From Amoebophrya sp. A120 (Eukaryota; Protista; Dinoflagellata), in the NCBI GenBank assembly GCA_905178155.1, contig CAJINV010000001.1, forward strand, positions 5,412,757 to 5,476,756: a DNA stretch of 64,000 nt, given 5' to 3'. The notes under the pieces are model-generated. The model was given only the letters and a program-made list of their open reading frames with translations. It ran no database searches and was not told the DNA's origin. The position numbers and the translations under genes were made by a program. Shown piece after piece: positions 50,306-61,379 of this stretch. How positions within the stretch are numbered: the first letter of the stretch is position 1; each line of letters starts with the position of its first letter.

Positions 50306-50947
50306 GCTGTTTAGTGAAAGAGAAAGATCAACAGGATTACGTCGAAAAGCCACGACGACAAAAACTTTAGGTGAAGTTGTAAAGCGTGCATCTGTCTTGC
50401 GTACAGATCCGCATCAAGCAAATATCAACTTGATCCAAAGAACGATCTTTTTCGTGCCCGCAGAAAATTTCAAGAATGAACTGCGTTGTTCCGAAAACGT
50501 CAGGTGATAAAGATTGGCAGTGATCGTGATCTGATAGAATGTATTCGAAATCGTCTTGGTAATCCGCGATCAGATGTTGCTGCGGTAGCGAGCGCACTGC
50601 ATGGTTCAAAAGATCCCACAAAAAAGATCCGTTTCGTGAAGTGTCACGATGAATCAAAGTTCCGTGGAGATAGAGATTCCAATATGGTTGTCCAGGTGTG
50701 ACCCGACGCGGAATAACACTGATCTTGCTTTTTCGATCTGTTTCTAAATCCGTTCCTTCTGATTATATGCTGCTGTAACACATCAATTTTTCACTGTTTT
50801 TAGAACTCAGTGATACGACTAAATTCTAATAGATTTACGCTCTGTAACCGTAAATAGATATGATTCTCAGCTCGTGCATTTCGACGTGCTTTACGAAAGG
50901 TTGATTTTTTTGTCTCAACTTCCATACCTCTACAAACACAAAAAGTC

Positions 50948-53900
50948 ATGGCGAGCACCAGCAAAGACGCCTTCCCGCGAAGGAAGGTGGCTGCATCAGC
51001 CACGACGGAACAAGCAACGAACAACTCAGTTGGCAGACTATTGCTTCCGGTGAAAAAGGCCGGAGCGAAGACTACCGGGCAGAATGAAAAGAAGAACAAA
51101 AAATTCGAAAGCCAAAAACCCGAGCGGACCTTCGAAAAGGTGGTCAAGAAAGAGCCGGGACACGCGAAGACGGACAATGCGCTCGGACCGCACCAGCATG
51201 GAATGACGCGGTTTAAACAAAGAATTTCGCTGAAAAACCTCAAAGACGGGACGACGTTGGTGGGCTGCGTATCCAGTATCCGTCCGAACGAGGTCGTCTT
51301 TAACCTACCGTACGGAACGCTCGGGGTTTGCAAAAGAGACCAGTGCTTTTCGGCAGACGTAGAGGCGAGTGAGTTCCGATTGGATCAAGTCTACAGTGTG
51401 GGACAGGTATAGAGTTGCCACATGAACAAGATAACACACAAATTTTTTCGTCGCATTTGGTTTCGTGCTAGGTATGATATGTTGGTCAGTTCTAATCACA
51501 GCACTGACGAGTAGAATACAAAAATCCATCTTCGCTAATATTTTCACCAACATGATCTTCTTCACAGCTTCTCCCGGTTGTCGTCCGTTCCGTTGGCAAA
51601 GCGGGGCACGGCAGCAGCCACTTGGAGGTGGAAGTGTCCTTGCGCCCGGAACTCGTCAATGCCGGTTTAACCGCAGAAAACATCGTGCCGGGGATTTCGC
51701 TGCCGGCGACCGTCGTGTCCATGAACGAGGAACACGTGGTGGAATGCAGCTTCGGCGTGCCGGGGCTGAAAGGGATCCTCAAGAAGAAAACCGCGGGACA
51801 GGTACTAGTGCAACGCAAGAAGCTTTATTTGTCGTGTATAGTAAGAATGACTTTATTCGTAGCAAGAAAAACTAAACCACAATTTGGCTAGAAGTAGATG
51901 ACAAACTTAAAACAGCTGCGGGTTGGACAAATTTTGCATGTGTCGATCGAGCGCTTTCACGCACCGTCCGGGGCCGCGCAGTGCAGATTAGACTGCGGCA
52001 AGGGAAAGGTGCTGGATGAAGAAGTCGACGTGAACGCTTTGAAGGTAAAACTTTGACATGCTTTGTTTACACTCATACGGCATTTGTGAAATTGCATGCG
52101 TCCTTTTCGAAATTAGTGCCGAAGTCAATCAGGGCCCGTTATCATTACAATTCACCCAACTCCACCTAACAGGTCGGTTCCCTAGTCCAGGCCAAAGTTG
52201 CGAAGACCGTCGAGAAGAATGACGGCAAGTTGGAGATGCGGTTCTGCGGCGCGTTCCGCGGGGTGCTTTTCCCGGAGTACACGGACGAGCAAAGTGCAAC
52301 TTTTGACAAGAACTCCACCCACCTCTGCCGGGTGTTCGCGAAGGTCCCACAGCAGGACGTCTCCGAGGAACAGCAGCCGGAATTGCATTTGTGTGCCCTG
52401 CCGCACATTGTCACTTGGGAGTCGCTGGACTTCCGCAAAACGTGCGAAGAGTTGCGCGAGGGCAGCCACGTGGACGGCACGGTCACGCAGGTGCAGGACT
52501 TCAACGCGCGTCTGGAAATCAAGGTGCCCGCGAAGGACGGCGGTGGTGGAAATGATAAGCCGACACTCCTCAACGCCGTGTGCCACAGTTCGAAGATGGA
52601 CAAGGAAAGCGCGGAGAAACCCGCGGATAAGAACAAAAAGGAGAAAAAAACCGCTGCAAAGGAGGAACAGGACTCAACGAAGACCAACACCGTGCCGTCC
52701 TACGTTGAGGAGGGTATGGAAGCCAAGGCACGGGTTTTGGGGTTCAACCAGCTCGACCGCGCGCTGGTGGTCGGGATGAGTAGTGAACTGGTAGAGGAAA
52801 AGATCCTCTGCGCGAAGGATTTGCAGCTTGGACAACTCGTGCGCGGAGATATCACCAAGGTCATTCCGGACCGTGGTGTGTTTGTCAAGGTAATAATGTT
52901 TGGTCTTCATCTTTGCTGTAGTTTTTCACTTGCATACAATATGTTTCTCGACACGCATACAGCTACCTGCAGTGTCGAAAAGAGTACCTAGATCTGAAAT
53001 TCCGCACAAAATAACTCTTACCAGATTTCGTCCTTCGTCACTGCGGAGATTCCGTTGCAGCACTTGACGAACGTGCCGTTGAAGCAAGTACCGGAGTCCA
53101 AATTCAAAGCCGGACAGAAGATCAAGGCGCGCGTGCTGTCCCTCAATTTCGACACCAACAAGGTGAAGTTGACCGCGAAGAAGGACCTGGTGAAGACGGA
53201 TCCGAAAGATTTGTTGACCGACGAGCATGCCGTGAAGCTGAACCAAGTCACGTCCGGGTACGTCCACCAGGTGCAGGAGATCGGGGTCATCGTCCGCTTT
53301 TTCGGCGATCGCCTGCACGGGCTGGTGCCCTGCAAGGATCCGGAAGTCTTGCACAGCATGAAGCCCGGAGCGCTCGTGCGCGTCCGGGTAGTCGCGATTC
53401 GCGGGGAGGGGAAATTAAAATTGTCCTTCGACGTGGAAAGCAAGGATGGCGTGGCGAATCAGGGAGACGGGAACTCAGCCAAATTCTTCGCGCAGCCAGG
53501 GTGCAAGGTTCCGGCCGCGGGCATGCGAGTTTTTGCCGTGGATGAGACCGGGTGCTTCGTGGTGCTGCCCAACCGCCGCGAGGCCTACATTCCGCAGTAC
53601 CACTTCGCCGACGATTTGGCGGAGGCTGGTGCTCGGTTTCAAAAAGTCGAGGTCGGGAAAAGTGTGGAAGAATGCCTGGGTAGTACCGCAAGTGCAGCGG
53701 AAGATACGAACGACACGTCTTCATTTCTGTCGGGTATTCTGCTCGGCGTCCGCTGCTACCGGGTGAACATGAACACCAGCAGCAACGACGGGGATCTGGT
53801 CACGAGCTCGGTCAAGCACGTCGACTTGCTGTCCTTGAAGCAGAGTTTGCAGGTCGGGAAGCTGTCGGAAGATGGTACCCCTAGTAGCACCGATGCAGTA

Positions 53901-56900
53901 GTACCGGTGTCCTTCGTGAAGGAATTAACCGACATCAAGGTGCAGCAGCAGAAGTACTTCCTGGGGTACGTCAAGCAGATCTGCGCCAAGAAGGGCGTGT
54001 TCATCAGTCTCGGCGACTACAAGAATGCGGTCGGCATCGCGCCGCTCGCGCAGTGCACCGACCACTTTTGCGTGGAGCCGCAGGACGAGTTTAAGATCGG
54101 GCAGACGGTGCGCGTTGTGGTGAAAAGCATCGACTTCGAGAAGAAACTGGCGAATTTCGACCTGCGACACACAAAATTGCTGAAGCAAACGCTCTCTATT
54201 GCGCAGAACGCGACTGTCGCGAAGTTGGAGAGTTCCTTCCTCGCGTCCACACTGAAACTGTCATCTACTACCGACCAGAGCGGACGGGAATCCACCTCAG
54301 TGTCTGGTTCCGTCCTTTCTCCGAAGATCACCGCGGGGCAGTGCGTACGTGGTAAGGTGATCGCCGTGAAGGACTACGGGCTGTTCTTGGAGCCGGTTCT
54401 GGGAGAGAAAGATCAGGCCTCGGAGGTGAAAGGCATCAAGCTCCTCGCCATGGCCCACAACGTGGACGACTTCGAGAAGCCACCAAGCGTTGGTTCCGAG
54501 GTCGACGCCTTCATCCTCGATGTGAACACGGAGCGGAAACTGGTGGACGTGTCGCTGAAGACGAACTTGTTGGCGAGAGCAGCCGGTTCTTCTTCTAAAA
54601 CCCCCACTGCAGGAGCTTTGGCTCCGGGTGAGGAGGTCGAGTGCGAAGTGCACTTGGCGAAGACCGATCGCACGATTTTGGTGACGACGAATGGACTGCC
54701 GAAGGTCGTGTTCGCGCCGAATGCCGATGCGTTTAACCGCCTGCAGACCGCCGCGGTGAGCATGCAACGCGGCATGTTCGCGCGCAAAATGCTGGTCTTG
54801 CAACAAGAAGTTGTCTTTGCTGGTTCAGATGGCGCAGCACCGAGCGCGTGGTTGGCGCACCTGGCGGCGTCGCGGAAGGAAGGAGCTGAGCAGGAGGACG
54901 CCAAGGACGAAGTTGAAAACAAGCCCGCTGCGCCTTCGACTTCTTCGAAGCAGCAGCTTGAAGTGTCCCGAATTTCCGACCCCGCGGTGGAAGCAACCGT
55001 CGGGACGGTGTTGCAGATGCGTGTGCAATCCGTTGGCCCAACTTCCGTCGTGCTCCAGTGCCCGAACAGCGTCTGGGGCCATTTACATGCCTGCGATTTG
55101 CCGCTCGGGAAAATTGCAGATTTCGCGACGAAGAAGCAAGTAGCTACGACGCAACTTTTCAAACTCAAAGACGTGGTGAGCGTGAAGGTTGAAAAGGTCA
55201 GCGAGAACAAAACCGCGCTCGGCTGCAGCAAAACCGGCATCAAGGGAACGCAACTCCTCGTTTCGCTGGCGGAAAATGGAGGTGCAGTAAGTACACAAGA
55301 GGAAGAAAATAAACCGGCGAAGAAGCGCAAGAAAATGGCAAAGGCGGAAGTAGTAGCTCCGGAAACTCTACTCTCCCAAGCGGCCGCTCTTTCCTGGACT
55401 TCTCTCAAGGAAGAGCAGAGCAAAAGTTTCCGTGCCGTCGTCGTCAGCGTCGCGAAGGACCATCTGCAGGTCGAACTCGCCCCGGGGATCCGCGGACGTG
55501 TTTCGGTCCTGGATATTGAGCAGGACGACGCGAAAACCCTATTCGACCGCTTTGTCGCCGGACAGCTGCTGCCCGCCGTGTGGATCCTGCATCTGGCCAA
55601 GAGCAAGCGCACGCTGAACTTGAGTTTGGTAAGTCCAGAAACCGCGAAGAAACAGTGGTTTTCAATGACAAAGCGCAATTCCACGAAAATCCCAGCCGTG
55701 ATCACGATGCTGAACCCAAAATGCACCTCCGGCTTTCCCATCCGCGTCAGCCTCCCGCTGCTCAACTGGGCGGAGGTCCACGTGACACAGGTCGGGGACG
55801 CGAATATCAAGCAGGGGAACGTGCTGAAGCGACTCAAGGTGCACCAGGCCGTGACGGTGCAATTGGACGCGGAAAGTATCGCACGAGCTGGATCCTCTGC
55901 TGAGGAGCAGAATCAGGAAGAAGACAAGGAAACGAAGCCCCTGCGCGCCGCGATCGTTGACGAGGTGGAGGAGGAAAAAACATCCAAGCCCGTTTTGTTG
56001 TCTGACGAGAGACTGAAACAACAAATTGCAGCCTCCACTTCCGGCGCGCAAAAAATCTACACGGGTGTGGTCCGGAACTTCCACCCCAACGCCGGCGTTT
56101 TCGTCGCCCTGACCCCAAATTTCAGCGGCCGCGTGCAGTTCAAGGACTTGCCGATCGGTAGTGAGTTGAACATTTCAAAAGACGAAATTCAGAAGAAATA
56201 CCCGATAGGTACGGTACTGGAAAATTTGGTCCGTATCGTTCGCCCGAATGCGGAATCCCTGGCCACCGAAACAGAAAACCACCGGCTGGAGCTGTCTTTG
56301 ACGGACCAGTCCGGTAGCGGAGAAGCAGCTGCATCGTCGTCCAAAACCGAGAGTAGACAAGCCGGGCAGATGAAGCAGCTACCAGTAGTTGGCTCCCTGG
56401 TTTCCGGCGTGGTGCGCGGGAAGAAGGACTTCGGGCTGTTCATCCGCCTCGACGAAACTGGAGCGGACGGGCTCTGCCACGTGACGGAGATCGAGGACCG
56501 GCCGCTGCTGCCGAAGAAGCAGAACACGCCGGAGAAGCGCGCGGCCCGGGACCAGCGCACGCTGGCGGGCTACAGCGTGGGGCAGAAGGTGCAGGTGGTG
56601 AAGGTGACCAAGGTGGAGAACGGCAAGGTGTCGCTGAGCATGCGGCCCTCGGTGCTCGCGGAAGCCGAGACCGCGCTCGAGGAGGTCGAGGACGAGGAAA
56701 AGGAAACCGCTCTGAATGCGGAGGTGAACGCCGAGATTCGGGCCGCCGCTGAGGCCGCAGAGAGCGACGAGGAAGATGGGTCAGAGGAAGAAGAAGCCTC
56801 CGACGGCGCAGAGAGCGATGCAGGTGAACAAGCTTGTTCTAACGCAGAAGCCGCAGTTGCGACTAGCGATGTCGACATGTCTGATGCGGAGGAAGAAGAT

Positions 56901-58352
56901 TCTGACGAAGAGGCAGAGTCCGATGAAGACGATGTGAGCGACGAGGACGACCCAGAGCAGCAAGAAACCGCACAACCGCTGTCCAGCGAAGCCATCGCGC
57001 AGAGGCTCGCACAAAAGAGGAAACAGAACCAGGCTGCGTTGGCGGAAGCTGGCACTGGTAATAGTACCCTGACTATCAAATGCAAAAATGTCTGGGTCTG
57101 GAAATTTGTGATGCTGCGTTGGGAATAGTGAATGCTCTGTAATGCACGGGCAAGCATGAGAAATATCTGCGCTTCTTTGTGTTGCGTTTTTCGCATGACA
57201 AACTGCGTTTTTGCATGACAGGAAAAAGAGTCTCTTCTTGGACACGCATCACAAGCTTGTTGGTCATGCCAGACAAGCATGACAAATCTCAAAATCTTCC
57301 AGACCCAGACATTTTTACATTTGATACTGACTGCAGGTAAGGACGCAGCAGTAGAAGAACAATCCGACGAAGAACAAGACCTGTCACCCGCGGCCAAGCG
57401 ACGAAAGAAGCTGCTCGAGGATGCGAAAAAGGACGACAAGATCCGGGAGCGGGAAAGAGAAACGCTGGAAAACACGCCGCGGACGCCGGACGACTTCGAG
57501 CGGTTGCTGCTCAGCGACGGCGGGAAGAGTTCCTTTTTGTGGATCCAGTACCTGGCGCACCACATGGAGCTATCCGAGATCCAGAAGGCGCGCGCGATCG
57601 CGGAGCGCGGCGTCAAGCACATCTGCTTCGCCACCGACCAGGAGCGGCTCAACGTGTGGGTCGCGTACCTGAATCTGGAGGCCCACTTCGGCGACAAAAA
57701 CAGTCTGGCGGGCATTTTCCAGCGCGCCTGCCAGTACAACAAGGCGAAGACGGTTTACCTCAAGCTGGCGGAGATCCAGGAGAAGAGAGGCAAGAAGCTC
57801 GAGGCGAAACAGCTCTACGAAGAGGCCGCGAAGAAATTTTCGCAGAGCAAGAAGGTCTGGATCGCCAGACTCAAGTTCCTCTACAGCACGGAGAGCGACA
57901 GCACCGCCGGGGCGCTTGCGGGCGCGAAAAACCGAAATGTTATTTCCGCTCCTTACCAGGCGGAAGCCCGCGAATTGTTACCCCGGGCGCTGAACATTTT
58001 GGAGAGGAGAAAGCACATCCCGGTTATCCAGAAAGCGGCGGCGTTCGAATTCGAACACGGCAGTGTGGAGCGGGGCAAGACCCTGTTCGAGAGCATGCTC
58101 GCGGTGTCGGCGCAGAAGAAGCGACTCGATTTGTGGAACGTGTTTCTGGACCTGTGCGCCAGGAAACTGGATGTGGAGGAGGTACGACGCTTGTACGCAC
58201 AGAAAATCGACGAATTGAAGACGGTTTTCAAGGCACGAAAAATGAAGTTTTTCTTCAAAAAATGGCTGGACTACGAAACGAGATACGGTGACGAAGAAGG
58301 ACAGCTCCGGGTGAAAGCGAAGGCGAAGGAGTTCGTGGACTCGGAGAACTGA
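50948..58352 (+). CDS. RRP5: rRNA biogenesis protein RRP5 (multiple S1 domains + C-terminal HAT repeats); exons 50948-51406, 51568-51801, 51916-52044, 52173-52889, 53025-57073, 57332-58352
   Basis: S1 repeats (e.g. GSLVSGVVRGKKDFGLFIRL) and C-terminal PRTPDDFERLLL..SSFLWIQYLAHHMELSEIQKARAIAER, ERLNVWVAYLNLE and MKFFFKKWLDYE. Confidence 0.95.
57074..57326. mobile_element. Introner (family A), 253 bp, TSD CTGAC
   Basis: tatcaaatgcaaaaatgtctgggtctggaa ... ttccagacccagacatttttacatttgata; removal gives GNSTLT|AGKDAAVEE. Confidence 0.95.
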
Positions 58353-59085
58353 TCAGTCAGTATTTGCGAATAGAATGATATTACGTATGAATTTTTTACG
58401 ATAAGTGATGCGCGTTTTTTTGCATGGCATTCTATCATCTTCCGTAACGCTGCGGAAGAAGTAGGTGCTTTACTAGCAACAGCAAATGCAATTTAGTACA
58501 ATCTTTGAAGAAGGGTCGTTCTCCGCTCGAGGAGTTACGGCTTCTGCTCTGCGCTTTATCGACTTCTTTGTCGATCCGTTTGTTCCACATCCGCTTGTTG
58601 AATATGATTTAATTATGAAGGGCGGATGAAGCTCGTCCTCGTACATTTCGATGGTTTTATTTCGGACGTGTGGTTTGTCGTTCACCTGATTCGTACAGTT
58701 CCTCAGCTTTTTTTGCCGTTCCTCCAGGTTTCTTGTCGACCAAGTCGTAGTCGTTCGGTCCCGCGTAGCCGTCTCGGTTTTCGAAAGGACCGAAAAGCGG
58801 TCATTATTCGTGTTTCGTTCTGTACTGTCACTTCGTCCTTGTCGTTCAGTGTTGGTGGTAACGCATTTGCAGCGGTCGGTCTAACTCGCATGAACTAAAC
58901 GTGAATTCATTCCTTATCGGCAGGCATCTGTAGTCAGAACGTAATCCCCCTTACAGTATACTGTTTCCTACACTATCTAGCACTGCTCAACATGTCTTTG
59001 CTTTCCATGATCCGGGTCGTTCCTTTGTAGTGTGCACCTTGGCCACAACCTTCACGTAGCAACAACGCTTGTGTAGTTATTCCGC

Positions 59086-60498
59086 ATGCAAAAGAGAAGC
59101 ACAATGTCGATTGGCGGGCGTGTGAAAGAGGCACTCGTACTCCTCTGCGCTGCAACGGGTAGCTTTTCGCCCGAGTCCTGTCAAATCGCGCACGCCTTCA
59201 CGTTTTCCCGGATCGCGTTGGAGAAGGGGAAAAAGCGGAAAGCCCGTATCATCAGTGTGTCGAAGACTGGGCATGAGAAACACGACGTTGGCGATTCTCC
59301 GCACCAGCCAGAGCACCAGGGAAGGGAGCACCCGGGAAGCGAGCAGGAAGAGTTTCGGGAACCGAGTTCGCCGGAGGTGGACGTGGCTAACCTGAGTTTG
59401 CTGAAAGAATCCACTTCCAATGATTTGCAGAAGATGGAAGAGCAGGAGGGTCCGGTTGACAATGAAACTCTGAATCCAGAGGAAGTGGTCGGGTCGGAAG
59501 ACATACAATTACAAAGAGTACGCGACGAGCGGGGAGAAACGAGTCAGTTGGAGTTAGGAGAACGAGAAAGTACCAACGCGGGCAACGTGAGCCAGAAAGA
59601 AACTTCTCTTTCTGAAGATCAAGACCGCAAGGACGTTGCTCTAACACATCTAGACGCGGCACCGGAAACGCAAAGAACTGAGCAAAGCACCACCGAGGAC
59701 GAGGATCAGCACTTCTTTCAAGCCCTAGATCACGTCGCAGACGAACGTCAGAAAAGCACCAGCGAGGAGAAAGCGCAATTTTTCGCGTTCGCCTCGTCCT
59801 GGTTTCAGTTCTCAGTGCAAAGTGCGGCGGCTATCAAGGCCCGGGTGACGAGACTCGTGGTAACGGGGCAGCACGAAGAACAGTCGGAGACACATTCGCA
59901 GCACCAGAAACACGGGGAAAAGAAAGAAGAATCCGGTCGTGTCGAGGAGATGAAGCAAAAAAACACGAAGGGTGGTAGCGCGACAGCAGCTCTGACGAGG
60001 GAAAGCGAGGTTGCTGGGCCCGCGGAAACAGGACCGGCAGGAGGAAACAAAGAGGAGAAGAATAGTAGCCAGCCTCCAGCGGACGAAGGATTGTCGCGGG
60101 GCTGCATCTGTTTCCTAATTTGCTGCGGGATCTTTGTGGTCTTCGCAGCTTTAGTCCTCGGGCTTCAGTCCATCACCCCCGCCTCGGCAGGCACTGCGGC
60201 GGCCGGGTCTTTTGGTTCCGGCGTGGCGTCGCTGCCCTCTGGAGATTCAAGTCGCGAGCCGAAACTCGGGAGCGGGCAAGAGGGTACTACGTCCAGCTTA
60301 GCCATTTACGCCGCTGCGGCCAACCGATCCGGTAGAGGTAAGGCGCCTGCAGCGGCTGCTACAGCCGACTCCCCCAAGGCGGAAGGGAACAAGGGCCCGC
60401 AGCGAAAAACTGTACAGGAGCGAAGAAAAACGCTGGCACAGGTACACGCAAAAAAGAACTTCTGGGGAGGGGGGAGCAACGCCTCGCCGCTTATGTAA
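59086..60498 (+). CDS. Hypothetical acidic membrane protein
   Basis: 470-aa ORF with an N-terminal hydrophobic segment and TM GCICFLICCGIFVVFAALVLGL. Confidence 0.65.
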   Translation: MQKRSTMSIGGRVKEALVLLCAATGSFSPESCQIAHAFTFSRIALEKGKKRKARIISVSKTGHEKHDVGDSPHQPEHQGREHPGSEQEEFREPSSPEVDVANLSLLKESTSNDLQKMEEQEGPVDNETLNPEEVVGSEDIQLQRVRDERGETSQLELGERESTNAGNVSQKETSLSEDQDRKDVALTHLDAAPETQRTEQSTTEDEDQHFFQALDHVADERQKSTSEEKAQFFAFASSWFQFSVQSAAAIKARVTRLVVTGQHEEQSETHSQHQKHGEKKEESGRVEEMKQKNTKGGSATAALTRESEVAGPAETGPAGGNKEEKNSSQPPADEGLSRGCICFLICCGIFVVFAALVLGLQSITPASAGTAAAGSFGSGVASLPSGDSSREPKLGSGQEGTTSSLAIYAAAANRSGRGKAPAAAATADSPKAEGNKGPQRKTVQERRKTLAQVHAKKNFWGGGSNASPLM

Positions 60499-61379
60499 GT
60501 AAGAGAGCCGTCTGTAGTGCGGCTTTGAGTTGTAAAATACGAATTTTTCGATTTCGAGACGAACTACTTGTCTATCAGCGAGCACTGTGGATTTTTTGCC
60601 AAGCGTTTCTGCTGAAATTCATCCACTCACGTAGCAAAAAAAAGTAGGCAACGTTGTCCTGTGCGCAACATTTTAGAATTTCGATGCCTGAGGTATTCGA
60701 GAACTTCAAGAGCGCGCACTCAGGAACATCGGTCATCTTTGGTTCTTTTGTGATCGAAAGATACAAATTCATACGGTGGCTTCGTAAAAGGCATCTTTTT
60801 GCTCTGCTCTGTGGCGACTGCGTCGTGTGCTCTGACATTGGAAAGCCTTTATTCCGTTAATGGAACACCGCTGGTGTACGCAGTATTTTAGGATATATGA
60901 GTAAAGATGTATGCAGAAAATCGGTGGTCCGTCGGTCCACTGTGGTTTGCGCTTATCGTCCATTTCGTCTTCGTCCAGGACAAGAAGTGCAAATTTTGAT
61001 CTTACTGGTCGTCGGTCATCGTTCCGTTCATGGCTTCGTCCCTTCTGTGTGTCGTAGTATTTGATCGTACAATGTAAACTTTCTCGTCACACTGAAGTGC
61101 ATGCAGTAGTTTGAGTTTCAGCAGCATATCATGCAGTCTTTATTCCTACCAGAATGAAAATTTAACTTGCAGTTCAGGTTTAGAGTTCCCCTTCTCTGAA
61201 TCTGATTTCGATTTTATCGATTTCCCTTGTCGCTAGCAGCGCAGCTTTCGCAATCAAATCATCGTACTTTGCATTTCATAAAGTTGCAACGCATTTGTTG
61301 AGAATCTTTCGAATAAATTCACTGCGATAACAAGGTTTTGTCATCTACTTAAAAATCACATCTCCCAGATATTTTCAAA

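Noticed and set aside
54413-57742. Long minus-strand ORFs
   Set aside because: Antisense to RRP5.
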